DNA from: Acidobacteriota bacterium
GTDB lineage: Bacteria; Acidobacteriota; Thermoanaerobaculia; Multivoradales; UBA5704
DNA length: 64,000 bases
Direction of reading: 5' to 3'
Assembly: GCA_040005235.1 (NCBI GenBank)
Contig: JBDTZG010000011.1
Span: 57,785-121,784, forward strand
The first letter of the stretch is position 1; the number at the start of each line of letters is the position of its first letter. The translations under genes were made by a program, and so were the position numbers. The notes below the pieces were generated by a model that was given only the letters and a program-made list of their open reading frames with translations, had not been told where the DNA came from and did no database searches. Of this stretch, positions 9,391 to 19,754 are shown piece by piece.

Positions 9391-11799
9391 TCATTTAGCG
9401 GTTCTTTCCCAGACCCAGTTCCGAACTTCCGGCAGATCCTGGCCGTTCTCGCAGATGAAGGCCCTGTGCTCGGCCAGTTTGGCGCGGAGGCGCTCCTGAA
9501 GCGCGACGCCTGGGGCGCCGGTCTGGGGCAGGCGATCGATGGTGTCGATCACCAGGTGGAAACGGTCGATGTCGTTCATCACCGTCATGTCGAACGGGGT
9601 TGTGATCGTCCCCTCTTCTTTGTAGCCCCGGACGTGGAGGTTGTCGTGGTTGGTGCGCCGATAGGTGAGCCGGTGAACCAGCCAAGGATAGGCGTGGAAG
9701 GCGAAGATGACCGGCTTATCCTTCGTGAACAAGGCATCGAACTTCTCGTCCGAGAGGCCGTGCGGGTGCTCCGAGGGGGGCTGGAGCTTCATCAGGTCGA
9801 CGACGTTGACCACCCGAATTTTGAGCTCGGGCAGGTGCTCGCGAAGGATAGAAACGGCGGCGAGGGTTTCGAGCGTCGGCACGTCGCCGCAGCAGGCCAT
9901 CACCACGTCGGGTTCGCCGCCTTGATCGCTGCTCGCCCAATCCCAGATGCCGATTCCTTGGGCGCAGTGCTTGTCGGCCGCTTCGATCGACAGCCATTGC
10001 GGCGAGGGGTGCTTGCCCGCGATCACCACGTTCACGTAGTGGCGGCTTCTCAGGCAGTGATCCATCACCGACAGCAGGCAATTGGCGTCGGGCGGAAAAT
10101 AGACCCGCACCACCTCGGCTTTCTTGTTGACGACGAGGTCGACGAACCCCGGGTCCTGGTGGGTGAAGCCGTTGTGATCCTGGCGCCAGACGTGCGAGGC
10201 GAGCAGGTAGTTGAGCGAGGCAATTTTCTTGCGCCAGGGCAGGCGAGAGCTCACCGCCAGCCATTTGGCGTGCTGGTTGAACATCGAGTCGACGATGTGG
10301 ATGAACGCCTCGTAACAATTGAATAGACCGTGGCGGCCGGTGAGCAGATAACCTTCGAGCCAGCCCTCGCATTGGTGCTCGCTCAACATTTCCATTACGC
10401 GGCCGGTTTTGGCCAGGTGCTCGTCGTCCGGCACCGTCTCCGCTTCCCACTGCCGTTCGGTCACCTCAAACAGAGCTTCGAGACCGTTGGAAAGGGTTTC
10501 GTCCGGACCGAAGACGCGGAAGTTTCTTTGCGGTTCGTTCAGTTTCGTCACGTCACGCAGGAAGCGCCCCAGAACGTGGGTGTCGCCGATGCCTCGCACC
10601 CCCGGCTGGGGAACGTCGACCGCATAGGCCCGATAGTCCGGCATCGCCAGGTCCTTGAGCAGCAGGCCGCCGTTCGCCTGGGGATTGGCGCCCATCCGCC
10701 GGCTGCCCTGGGGCGCCAGCGCGGCCAGCTCGGGTCTCAAGCGACCTTCCTCGTCGAACAGCTCTTCCGGCCGGTAGCTTTTGAGCCACTCTTCCAGCTG
10801 CGCAAGGTGCTCGGGGTGGACGGCCGGATCGGAGAGCGGCACCTGGTGCGAACGAAACGAGCCTTCGATCTTCTTGCCGTCGATCGTCTTGGGTCCCGTC
10901 CACCCCTTGGGCGAGGCGAGCACGATCATCGGCCAGCAGGGCCGCTTCCGAGCGCCATCGGCGCGCGCTCCCTGTTGAATCGCGTGGATATGCTCGATCG
11001 CCTGGTCGAGCGCGGCGGCCATCGCTTCGTGCATCGGCCCGGGCTCTTCGCCTTCGACGAACAGGGGCGCCCAGCCGTAGCCGCGGAGCAGCTGCTCCAG
11101 CTCCTCTCTGGGGATGCGCGCGAACAGCGTCGGGTTCGCGATCTTGAATCCGTTCAGATGAAGGATCGGCAGAACCGCGCCATCGGTCGCCGGATCGAGA
11201 AACTTGTTCGAATGCCAGGCGGTCGCGAGCGGCCCGGTCTCCGCCTCGCCGTCGCCGATCACGCAGGCGACGACCAGCTCGGGATTGTCGAACGCCGCGC
11301 CGAACGCGTGGCTGAGCGAATAGCCCAGCTCTCCCCCTTCATGGATGGACCCCGGGCACTCGGGCGAAGCGTGGCTAGGGATGCCGCCGGGAAACGAAAA
11401 CTGCTTGAACAGCTTCTTCAAGCCCGCCTCGTCCTGGCTGATGTCGGGATAGACCTCGCTGTAGGTGCCTTCGAGATACGTATGGCCGACGACCGCCGGC
11501 CCGCCGTGCCCGGGGCCGCAGATGTAGATCATGTCGAGGTCGTATTTTTGGATCACCCGGTTCAAGTGAACGTAAATGAAGTTCTGCCCTGGGGTCGTCC
11601 CCCAATGGCCGATCAACATCCGTTTCACGTCGGCGAGCGCCAACGGCCGGCGGAGCAGCGGATTGTCGCGCAGATAGATCTGACCGACCGAAAGATAATT
11701 CGCGGCGCGCCAGTAGGCATCCATTTTGTCGATAAGATCGGGGGCGATAAGATCGGGGGCGGCGATCTGGGGTTCGAGCGTCGGGGTATTGCTGCTCAT
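9391..11799 (-). CDS. xfp: Xylulose-5-P/fructose-6-P phosphoketolase
   Basis: [32 protein letters not shown] motif, [14 protein letters not shown]. Confidence 0.97.
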   Translation of the reverse strand: MSSNTPTLEPQIAAPDLIAPDLIDKMDAYWRAANYLSVGQIYLRDNPLLRRPLALADVKRMLIGHWGTTPGQNFIYVHLNRVIQKYDLDMIYICGPGHGGPAVVGHTYLEGTYSEVYPDISQDEAGLKKLFKQFSFPGGIPSHASPECPGSIHEGGELGYSLSHAFGAAFDNPELVVACVIGDGEAETGPLATAWHSNKFLDPATDGAVLPILHLNGFKIANPTLFARIPREELEQLLRGYGWAPLFVEGEEPGPMHEAMAAALDQAIEHIHAIQQGARADGARKRPCWPMIVLASPKGWTGPKTIDGKKIEGSFRSHQVPLSDPAVHPEHLAQLEEWLKSYRPEELFDEEGRLRPELAALAPQGSRRMGANPQANGGLLLKDLAMPDYRAYAVDVPQPGVRGIGDTHVLGRFLRDVTKLNEPQRNFRVFGPDETLSNGLEALFEVTERQWEAETVPDDEHLAKTGRVMEMLSEHQCEGWLEGYLLTGRHGLFNCYEAFIHIVDSMFNQHAKWLAVSSRLPWRKKIASLNYLLASHVWRQDHNGFTHQDPGFVDLVVNKKAEVVRVYFPPDANCLLSVMDHCLRSRHYVNVVIAGKHPSPQWLSIEAADKHCAQGIGIWDWASSDQGGEPDVVMACCGDVPTLETLAAVSILREHLPELKIRVVNVVDLMKLQPPSEHPHGLSDEKFDALFTKDKPVIFAFHAYPWLVHRLTYRRTNHDNLHVRGYKEEGTITTPFDMTVMNDIDRFHLVIDTIDRLPQTGAPGVALQERLRAKLAEHRAFICENGQDLPEVRNWVWERTAK

Positions 11800-13001
11800 C
11801 GGGTCACCTCTTTATCGGAACCGAAGACCAGGCGCTCGACCGAGCGCGCGATCATCAGCTCCTCGTCCGTATGGATCACGCGGACCTTAACCCACGAATC
11901 TTTGACCGAAATCAAACCCTCTCCCTCGGCGTTCTTCGCGGGGTCCAATGCGAGCCCCACAAATCCGAGCCGCTCGCAGATCCGGGCACGGATGGGCGGC
12001 GCGTTTTCGCCGATCCCCCCCGCGAACACCAGCGTGTCCAGCCCGCCCAGAGCCGCGGTGAACGCGCCGATCCCTTTGCTCGCCTGATAGCAGAACATCT
12101 CGACCGCTTCGGCCGCCCGCGGGTCCGTCGCCTCCTTGTCGAGCAATTCCCGCATGTCCGAGCTGATCTCCGAAACGCCGAGCAGGCCGGATTCCGCGTT
12201 CACCATTCCGTGAAAGCTCTCGGCATTCATGCCTTCGGTCCGCGCAAGGTAGCCCACGAGCCCGGGGTCCAGATCGCCGGAGCGGGTCCCCATCGGCAGC
12301 CCCCCCGTGGGAGTGAATCCCATGGTCGTATCGATGCTCTGGCCCTTTCGGACGGCGGCCAAGGAAGCGCCGTTGCCCAAATGGGCCAGGACCACCCGGC
12401 CGCCAGTGGCCGCCGGGTCGCCGAGCCGCGCCAGCTCCTCGATCAAATAGGCGTAGGAGAGCCCGTGAAAACCGTAGCGCTCGACCCCCGCCGCAAAGTA
12501 GCGGCGCGGAATGGGAAGCATCCGCGCGACCGGCGGCAGCGTGCGGTGAAACGCGGTGTCGAAACAGGCGACCTGCACAAGACCCGGAAAACGCTCGCCG
12601 AAGATCCGGATCAGCTCGATCTCGGCCGGCATGTGCTCGGGATCGAACGGGCTGATGCGTTCAAGATCGTCTAACAATCCGTCCGTCACCACCTCGGGCT
12701 CGCTGTGGCGCATCCCGTGGACCACCCGATGCCCGACGGCGCGGAGCGAAGCGAAGGCGCCGCGCTTCTCCAGAGCATCGATCAGAAAAGTCGCCGCGGC
12801 GCGGTGATCCGCCCTTTCGAGGCTCAAGCGCTCCGGCGGAGATCCGGGCCGCCCATCGAATGCGAGCGCGGTACCCGGCAGACCGATCCGGTCGATCTTG
12901 CCGGAGAGTTGCCGTTCCAAGGGGTCGCCGACCTGGTAGAGCGCGAACCGGAGGCTCGACGAGCCGCCGTTCAGGGCGAGGAGGTGGGGTGCAGGCTCCA
13001 T
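11796..13001 (-). CDS. ackA: Acetate kinase
   Basis: [42 protein letters not shown]. Confidence 0.95.
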   Translation of the reverse strand: MEPAPHLLALNGGSSSLRFALYQVGDPLERQLSGKIDRIGLPGTALAFDGRPGSPPERLSLERADHRAAATFLIDALEKRGAFASLRAVGHRVVHGMRHSEPEVVTDGLLDDLERISPFDPEHMPAEIELIRIFGERFPGLVQVACFDTAFHRTLPPVARMLPIPRRYFAAGVERYGFHGLSYAYLIEELARLGDPAATGGRVVLAHLGNGASLAAVRKGQSIDTTMGFTPTGGLPMGTRSGDLDPGLVGYLARTEGMNAESFHGMVNAESGLLGVSEISSDMRELLDKEATDPRAAEAVEMFCYQASKGIGAFTAALGGLDTLVFAGGIGENAPPIRARICERLGFVGLALDPAKNAEGEGLISVKDSWVKVRVIHTDEELMIARSVERLVFGSDKEVTR

Positions 13002-13004
13002 GCG

Positions 13005-14096
13005 TCAGACGGCCTTCGCCTTGCGATCAGCGCTGAGTGTTGCAAGCCAACGTTCCAGGCTGATCAGGCGACCTCTGTCGATGTGTTCGATCACCTTGCG
13101 CATTGACTCCTCCCCGGCCGGACCGTACGTTGCACTGAGCGCATCGGTGTTGATGTGTACGACATAAGTGAACATAGGTGCGTTGCCGGCCAGCTTTTCA
13201 CATGCACGCATCAGCCGTGCGGGATCAAACTCGTTGGTCACGAACACATATTCGAAGGGTTTCCCGTCTGACTCTGCGTTTAAATAGTCACCGAAGTCTG
13301 CCGCAAACTGCTTCTCTCGGTCAGCGCGAACGCTCCACTTGGCGGTTACGAGGGTCCGCATCTGAGGCCGAATCACCGCCACGTCGACCTTGTTCGCCTT
13401 TTCACCTCTCTTGGGGCGGTTGAAGCCAGGAAGTTCGTGCAGGAGGCGCCGTGTGTGGACCTCAAGCGAGGATGCCTGACAGCTAAGGCGAATGACGTGC
13501 GCCAGGACGTCTTCGAAGCCTTCTCCTACCAGGTTCTTCCGCTTGTTCTCAAGAGCAAGGTACTGACGGATACGCTGGACGAGTTGCTGCCACGCCTCAG
13601 CGGATGGTTCTTGTTTCAAGTGCCCGCCCAAGACTTCCTTCACGATCGAAACCAGTTCGGGGTCTTCGCCAGGCTTTGGAAAGCCCTTCTCCTCGTACGG
13701 CTGTCGCTGTTTCGAAGCCGAGGCAGCTATCCTGGAGGCATTCCGCATAACCTCTGTGGCTAGGTCGGCTGTGGCCTTCCGAAATAACCAGTCGATCTCT
13801 TCGGCGACCTTGGTTGGTGCAACATCTAGCGATGTGGAAACCCAATCATGAAATGCCAGGGACCTTGAGTACCAGTTTTTTCCGGGCTGGGCCTTATCGC
13901 TTTCGTAGCAGTGTGCGAGACCCGTGGTTTGGTCTGCCCAAAGAAGCAGTCTGTAGACGTGCGACCACGCTAGCGGCGCAGTGACGCCAGATTCAACTTG
14001 CATGGAGAAATAGGCGTCAATGAGGCGGCTGCGGTTCTTTGCTCCGAATGCCGCCTTAACGAACGCGCCCTCTGAGCTGCCCTGATGAGACGTCAT
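13005..14096 (-). CDS. Putative type II restriction endonuclease (NgoMIV/Cfr10I/EcoRII-like)
   Basis: Follows a C5-MTase; RKNLVGEGFE...KVDV...TAKWSVRADREKQ resembles the KxxxRxDR motif of CCGG-family REases; visibly lower GC. Confidence 0.7.
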   Translation of the reverse strand: MTSHQGSSEGAFVKAAFGAKNRSRLIDAYFSMQVESGVTAPLAWSHVYRLLLWADQTTGLAHCYESDKAQPGKNWYSRSLAFHDWVSTSLDVAPTKVAEEIDWLFRKATADLATEVMRNASRIAASASKQRQPYEEKGFPKPGEDPELVSIVKEVLGGHLKQEPSAEAWQQLVQRIRQYLALENKRKNLVGEGFEDVLAHVIRLSCQASSLEVHTRRLLHELPGFNRPKRGEKANKVDVAVIRPQMRTLVTAKWSVRADREKQFAADFGDYLNAESDGKPFEYVFVTNEFDPARLMRACEKLAGNAPMFTYVVHINTDALSATYGPAGEESMRKVIEHIDRGRLISLERWLATLSADRKAKAV

Positions 14097-14109
14097 ATCG
14101 ACTCCGCGG

Positions 14110-15504
14110 TCAACCGGTCCGAGTGCGAAGGGCCTCTCGCTGCCGGGAAGACCGCAGCTCTGCCAGCAAGCTCTGTGCTACAGCTCGTGCGAGGAGGGGG
14201 GGCACTGCATTCCCAGCCTGGCGGTAACGAGAATGAGCGGGTCCCCCGTCATGCCGTCCTGGGATTGGCCCCCGTCTTGGGTCCGTTGTAAAAGTGAATC
14301 GATCGGGAAAAGACTGAAGGCGGGCAAACTCGCGCACCGAAAGGGCTCGCGCTTGTTCGTAGTGGTAGACCGAGTCGGCCTTGGTGTTCAGAGTCCAAGC
14401 CCAAATCCCAGGATGAAGGCGACGGTAAGCGTAAAAGTGTCGCCTTGAGAGCCGCCCGGTTCCGTTGTCCTGCCCCCACCGCTGGCCCGTGATGTACCGG
14501 TCGAGAAGGTCTTCGGCTAGATCTCGGTGGTTGCCACCTTGGGGTATTCCACCAAGCCGTAGTTCGGTGTCGAGAATGATCCGAGGAACTTGGACGTTTG
14601 TAAGGAGTTCGCCGGCACCAGAACGCATTAGCCGTTGATATTCGCTCCTCGGGCCGGGTAGCTCCGTATATGGGAGCGCATCGTTGCGGTTTCCAACGGA
14701 GAGACCGACGAGGTCTGAAATCGCATCGGCCGCACTGACAACCGAAGAATTCTCTGGATCAGAGAGAGCTTCGCCGATGCGCAGGCTGAACAGGCGTTCT
14801 TGAACTACGACCTGATACCGTGATCGACGACTGCCATTGTAACGCACTAACTCCAATGATTCCGTCGCTCCGGTCCCGCTCAGCTTTGGCGGGACCATTC
14901 CTAGCGAACTGCGAACGCCTATGAAGAGAATGCGTTTCCGTGTTTGAGGAACACCAAAATCCGCCGCATCCACTACTTGAGGTAGCACAGCGTACTCGCC
15001 CTCCAGCTCGAGGTCGGCGAGTATCTGTTCGCGCACGCCCATCTGGTCCATTCCCGTGACGTTTTCGACCACAAATGCCATTGGCAGCGATTGCCGAAGG
15101 ACACCGACGAATTCCCGATAAAGGGTGTTGCGCGGGTCTTCGATCAGCCGCGCGTGGTTACGGACCTGAGAGAATGCCTGGCATGGCGGCCCCCCGATGA
15201 GCACGCTGGCCGAACGAGCTGCGTCAAGAATCTGCTCCTTGATCGCGTCGTTTCGGATGTCGCCCGTGATGACTCTCGACTCCGGGAAGTTGAGCCCGTA
15301 GGTTGCGGAAGCATCGGGATCGTTGTCGGACCCGGCGATGATCGAGAAGCCGGCCTGTCGGAAACCCTCCGATAGTCCACCCGCACCTGCAAACAAGTCC
15401 ACTACGGAAAACGCCGCTCCGCCTTCGGAGGACCCCACCCCTCGACGGCGCAAGCTCCCTGAGGTGGGTTCGGCGGCTCGCCAATTCGCTCTGTTGATCA
15501 TCAC
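14110..15504 (-). CDS. DNA (cytosine-5)-methyltransferase
   Basis: Motifs I DLFAGAGG, IV GGPPCQAFS, VI ENV, VIII QTRKR, IX RALSVREFARLQSFP, X YRQAGNAVPP; exact start uncertain. Confidence 0.95.
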   Translation of the reverse strand: MMINRANWRAAEPTSGSLRRRGVGSSEGGAAFSVVDLFAGAGGLSEGFRQAGFSIIAGSDNDPDASATYGLNFPESRVITGDIRNDAIKEQILDAARSASVLIGGPPCQAFSQVRNHARLIEDPRNTLYREFVGVLRQSLPMAFVVENVTGMDQMGVREQILADLELEGEYAVLPQVVDAADFGVPQTRKRILFIGVRSSLGMVPPKLSGTGATESLELVRYNGSRRSRYQVVVQERLFSLRIGEALSDPENSSVVSAADAISDLVGLSVGNRNDALPYTELPGPRSEYQRLMRSGAGELLTNVQVPRIILDTELRLGGIPQGGNHRDLAEDLLDRYITGQRWGQDNGTGRLSRRHFYAYRRLHPGIWAWTLNTKADSVYHYEQARALSVREFARLQSFPDRFTFTTDPRRGPIPGRHDGGPAHSRYRQAGNAVPPLLARAVAQSLLAELRSSRQREALRTRTG

Positions 15505-15603
15505 CGTCAGGGAGTATCTCAGAATCTCCGCGCGATTGTGCCCAATCTGCGGTCCGAAGCAGCCCCGCCTGTCGCTCCAGGCTCGAACGCTCCGGCGGAG
15601 AAG

Positions 15604-15825
15604 CTACCCGATGATCTCGGACATGCACTTTGATGGCTGGCGTCCCGCTTGGCGTCGGCGCTGGAATTCGCGACGCGCCGTCTCGCGATCAACTCCGTTC
15701 GCCTGGGCATAAACCTCCAAGCCGCGCTCCCCGAGCCGGAGAATCAGCTCAAAGCGCTCCTGGAGCGGAAGATTCTCCATCTCGTCGCGAAGCTCGTCTC
15801 TCAAATCGTCGGCTACGGACCGCAT
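15604..15825 (-). CDS. Small helical hypothetical protein (antitoxin-like)
   Basis: 73-aa charged ORF MRSVADDLR...; function not assignable. Confidence 0.5.
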   Translation of the reverse strand: MRSVADDLRDELRDEMENLPLQERFELILRLGERGLEVYAQANGVDRETARREFQRRRQAGRQPSKCMSEIIG

Positions 15826-15897
15826 AGCGGAAGTATAGCCCTGGCTCGATGGGACTCAGGGCCTCGTCAACGTCGGTGTTCCTGTTGTCACTCGGTT

Positions 15898-16322
15898 GTT
15901 GCGATCCAGATCTGGAAGGTTCGGACCAAGCTCTAGGTCGTCTCGATCCAGGTCCGGACGACTCGGATCCAGGTCTGAACGGTCGGGACCGAGGTCTGAG
16001 CCGTGAAATCCAGGTCCGGGCGACTCAGGACTGGATCCGGACCGTTGCGATCCAGGTCCGAATGGCTCAGACCTAGGTCTGGTGTATCGCGATCCAGGTC
16101 TGGACGACTCAGACCAAAGTCTCGTGTGCCGCGATCCAGGCCGGACGACTCGGTCCCAGGTCTGAACGATCGGGACAGAGGTCTGGACCGTCGCGATCCA
16201 GGTCCGGGAGACTCAGAACTAGATCTCGTGTGTCGCGATCCAGGTCTGGACGACTCAGACCACGTTCTCGTGTGTCGCGATCAGGGTCCGGTCGGCTCGG
16301 ACCTGGGTCCCGACCGTTGCGA
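15898..16322. repeat. Degenerate 21-bp tandem repeat (42-bp super-period), about 20 units
   Basis: Units such as GATCCAGGTCTGGACGACTCA / GACCAAAGTCTCGTGTGCCGC; same family as the array at 63739-64000. Confidence 0.85.
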
Positions 16323-16367
16323 CGGACTATCAGTATGTTGCAAGGTCCAGACGAGGACGGGATGTAC

Positions 16368-17085
16368 GTCGCAATCCCACCTGACAGATCAGGGACATTC
16401 GGACATGATAGTGCGCCTCCTTGAGCACGGGGGTTAAGCGAGTGTCGCAATCCCACCTGACAGATCAGGGACATTCGGACGTTTTTCGCCGGCCTGGCGG
16501 CGTGGGCTGTAATGGTCTACGTCGCAATCCCACCTGGCAGATCAGGGACATTCGGACCACGGTGGTTTTGACAGCTTCGCCCCACTACACCGAGCGTCGC
16601 AATCCCACCTGACAGATCAGGGACGTTCGGACACAAAGATGGCTGCGAGCATCGCGGCATAGGCAAGGTGAAGTCGCAATCCCACCTGACAGATCAGGGA
16701 CGTTCGGACGGAGAGCTGAAGAAACTCCTCTGTCGCAAGTAGGAAAGATGTCGCAATCCCACCTGACAGATCAGGGACATTCGGACGGCCGGAAGCTGCC
16801 TGCGCGCCGAAGGTTACGCACCCGTCGCAATCCCACCTGACAGATCAGGGACATTCGGACTACGCGACGACTACGCCGCCTCCCTCGTGTTCCGTACCGT
16901 CGCAATCCCACCTGACAGATCAGGGACATTCGGACCTGAATGAAGCCCGGGAGACTAGTTCGTTCGCTCCTGTAGTCGCAATCCCACCTGACAGATCAGG
17001 GACATTCGGACGGCCATGCGATCGAAGTTCCTCTTGATCCTTCTTTCTGTCGCAATCCCACCTGACAGATCAGGGACATTCGGAC
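16368..17085 (-). CRISPR. CRISPR array, 10 repeats (37 bp), 9 unique spacers (37-40 bp), no cas genes in window
   Basis: Repeat starts 16368, 16444, 16521, 16596, 16673, 16750, 16824, 16899, 16975, 17049. Minus-strand repeat GTCCGAATGTCCCTGATCTGTCAGGTGGGATTGCGAC with CCTGA/TCAGG hairpin and an ATTGCGAC 3' end. Single-base variants in repeats 3-5. Confidence 0.98.
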
Positions 17086-17375
17086 CCCTGCCTCCGCAAC
17101 CTCTTCTGAATCAGTGGGTTGCAAGGGCGATTTCCGGAACCTCGCGACATACGCTTGCCTTACGCTGGTCGATGCTTCGTTTTTACCCGCCGAGGCGGCT
17201 CGCAAAGCTTTGATTGTCAAGGAGCTTACGGCTGTTTCCGGAACCTGGGTGCCAAATTGGCGAAGAGGTCTCGAAAACTGGTATGACTTTTGCCTGGCTC
17301 CGACGATATACACCTTCGGGTCCTCTGTCCATCCGCTCGCAGATTGGGCGTTTGCGGGGCTTCGGTGGGCGCGGG
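17086..17375 (-). promoter_or_regulatory. Probable CRISPR leader
   Basis: Lower-GC non-coding stretch next to the array; IHF-like AATCAGTGGGTTG at 17109-17121; direct repeat TTTCCGGAACCT at 17131 and 17235. Confidence 0.7.
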
Positions 17376-19754
17376 TCAACCGCAGGCGACCCGCACGCGG
17401 AGGATTTGCCCCGCCTCCACCTCTTGTAGCAGCTCTCCTTGCAATCGACGTCCATCGACCTCCACAATCACCTCACCCGCCCGCAGCCCCGTCTGCCGCT
17501 CGATTTCGATCTCCAACATCGCGCCCCGGTAGGGCCGGCGCATCTTCGCTCGCGGCCAGGTTGGGGGAAGGCAGGGATCGAAGAGGAGGCCGTCCCACGT
17601 CGGCCGGACGCCGAGGACGTTTTCGGCGAGGATGCGCGGCAGCCAGGCGGCGGAGCCGGTGTACCAGGTCCAGCCGGCTCTTCCGCGGTAGGGGGATTCG
17701 GGGCCGTCGACGTTGCCGGGGAGCACGTACGGCTCGGCCCAGTAGGTGTCGGGATCGTGGAGCGAGGGGTTGATCCAGGTGAGCAGCCGCCCGACCGTTT
17801 CGCCGTCGTTCATCGCCGCCGCGGCCGAGATTGCCCAGGTTGCGGCGTGGGTGTAGACCCCGCCGTTTTCGCGCAGGCCCGGGGCGTAGCGGGTGATGTA
17901 GCCGACCGTCTCGTCCGGCTCGCTCCAGGCGGGCGCGAGCAGCAGGGCGCCCACCCCTTCGCACAGCAGGTGTTCGCGCACGGCGGCCCAGGCTGCCGTG
18001 GCGCGCTCGGGGCGGGCGGCGCCAGAGAGGATCGCCCAGGTTTGGGCGTTGAGAAAGATCCTTCCGAAGCGGTTCTCCTTGGCTCCTATCCAGGTGCCGT
18101 CATCGCGCGTCGCGCGGCGGTACCAGGCGCCGTCCCAGGCGTGCTCTTCAATCGCCGCGAGGTAACCGGCGCGGCGAGCAAGGAGATCGGCCGCTTTCTC
18201 CGGCGCGCCGCGTCGGCGGGCGATCTCGGCCCAGTCTTCTAGCAGGCCGATCAGGAACCAGCCGAGCCAGACCGACTCGCCGCGCTCTTCAAGCCCCACC
18301 GCAGACAGGCCGTCGTTCCAATCGCCCTCGCCGATCAGCGGCAGGCCGCGTGGGCTGGTGCGCGAAAAGACCCGGGCGAACGCTCGCTCGACGTGATCGG
18401 AGAGCGGGCTGGGCTGCGCCTCGTCGAGGAAAGACGATTCGTCGTCGAGCAGCGAGAGGTCGCCGGTCTCTTTCGCATAATTGGCGGTCACGAACCCCAG
18501 CCAGAGCAGATCGTCGGTCATCTTCGTGACGTGTCCCTGCTCGGTGAGCGGATGCCACCAGTGGACGACCGAGCCGTCTTTGAACTGGTGCCCGGCGTGC
18601 AGCGCGATCTGCGCGCGGCAACGCGGCGGATCGATCGTCAGCCAGACTTGCGAATCCTGGAGCTGATCGCGAAAACCGTACGCGCCGCTCTGTTGGTAAT
18701 AACCGGCCCGGCCCCAGAGCCGCGCCGAAATCGCCTGATAGCGCAGCCAATCGTTGGCGAGTAGGTTGAGCGACGGCTCGGGCGTTTCGATCCGCTGCGC
18801 GGCCAGGAGATCGCGCCAACCCGCCACCGCGCGGGCGAACGAAGCGGCCATCGCGGAAGGCTGAGCGAAGCGGGTGGCGAGCGCCGTCGCCGATTCCGGA
18901 TCGGCCGTGGTCGCCAGCACGAAGCCCCCTTCGAAAACTCCATGCGGGGCGAGGTCGATCTCCGCGCGCAGCGCGGCGACCGGATCGTAATGCCGGCCGA
19001 ACAGCCCCGCCCAAGGAGCGTCCGAATCGAGCGCCGCGGGGCGCTTCCAATCGCCGCCGGCCCCTAAGAACGCCGCCTTGTCCCCCTCCGCCCCGGCGAG
19101 CGGTTGGGCGGAGGCGAACGCGCTCCAGAACGGAAACGGCGTGTTCCAATGGCCCCAGCGGGGATTTCCGACGTCCCACATGTGGCTGCCGGCGACGATC
19201 CCGGGAAGGTCGGGAAGCCAGCGCGTTTCCATGAACAACTTTTGGAACTCGCGCCGCGGCGCGGGCGAGGTGCCGCAGTTCCATTCGAGGAACGGCACGA
19301 GCACGAGCCTGCGCGCCCGGCCCTCCTTCTCGGTCAGCGAGACGCGCCAGATCTCGACCGTCTCGTCCGGGTCGACGAATAGCGTCCAGCTCGCCGAAAC
19401 GCCGTCGTGCTCGGACTCGAACGTCGTGTAGCCGAGGCCATGGCGGCAGACGTGGTGCGCTTCGCTTAAACCGCAAGGAGCCGGAGCGAGCGAGGAGACC
19501 CGGCCGGCGTCGCGATCGCGCAGGTAAAGAAAGCGCCCGGACCGGTCGTCGGCCAGATCCTGCTGCCAGCGCACGATCGCCGCGAGCTGCGAGTTGTCGA
19601 TCCAAGAAAAACCGCTGCCGGTCTGCGATACCGCAAGGCCGATCCGCGGATTGGTGATCACGTTCGCCCAAGGACGCGGCGTGTTGGGATCGGTGATCAC
19701 GTATTCAGAGCCATCGGCGGAGAAATGGCCGTAGCGATTTTGCCCTGCGCTCAT
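17376..19754 (-). CDS. GH94 glycoside phosphorylase
   Basis: TPRPWANVI, YQQSGAYGFRDQLQD, GDWNDGL, GLRENGGVYTHAA, GWTWYTGSA; ATG overlaps upstream stop. Confidence 0.9.
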   Translation of the reverse strand: MSAGQNRYGHFSADGSEYVITDPNTPRPWANVITNPRIGLAVSQTGSGFSWIDNSQLAAIVRWQQDLADDRSGRFLYLRDRDAGRVSSLAPAPCGLSEAHHVCRHGLGYTTFESEHDGVSASWTLFVDPDETVEIWRVSLTEKEGRARRLVLVPFLEWNCGTSPAPRREFQKLFMETRWLPDLPGIVAGSHMWDVGNPRWGHWNTPFPFWSAFASAQPLAGAEGDKAAFLGAGGDWKRPAALDSDAPWAGLFGRHYDPVAALRAEIDLAPHGVFEGGFVLATTADPESATALATRFAQPSAMAASFARAVAGWRDLLAAQRIETPEPSLNLLANDWLRYQAISARLWGRAGYYQQSGAYGFRDQLQDSQVWLTIDPPRCRAQIALHAGHQFKDGSVVHWWHPLTEQGHVTKMTDDLLWLGFVTANYAKETGDLSLLDDESSFLDEAQPSPLSDHVERAFARVFSRTSPRGLPLIGEGDWNDGLSAVGLEERGESVWLGWFLIGLLEDWAEIARRRGAPEKAADLLARRAGYLAAIEEHAWDGAWYRRATRDDGTWIGAKENRFGRIFLNAQTWAILSGAARPERATAAWAAVREHLLCEGVGALLLAPAWSEPDETVGYITRYAPGLRENGGVYTHAATWAISAAAAMNDGETVGRLLTWINPSLHDPDTYWAEPYVLPGNVDGPESPYRGRAGWTWYTGSAAWLPRILAENVLGVRPTWDGLLFDPCLPPTWPRAKMRRPYRGAMLEIEIERQTGLRAGEVIVEVDGRRLQGELLQEVEAGQILRVRVACG

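Noticed and set aside
16109-17379. Short ORFs across the CRISPR array, leader and 21-bp repeats
   Set aside because: Translations of repeats and spacers (SQSHLTDQGHSD etc.); no coding signals.
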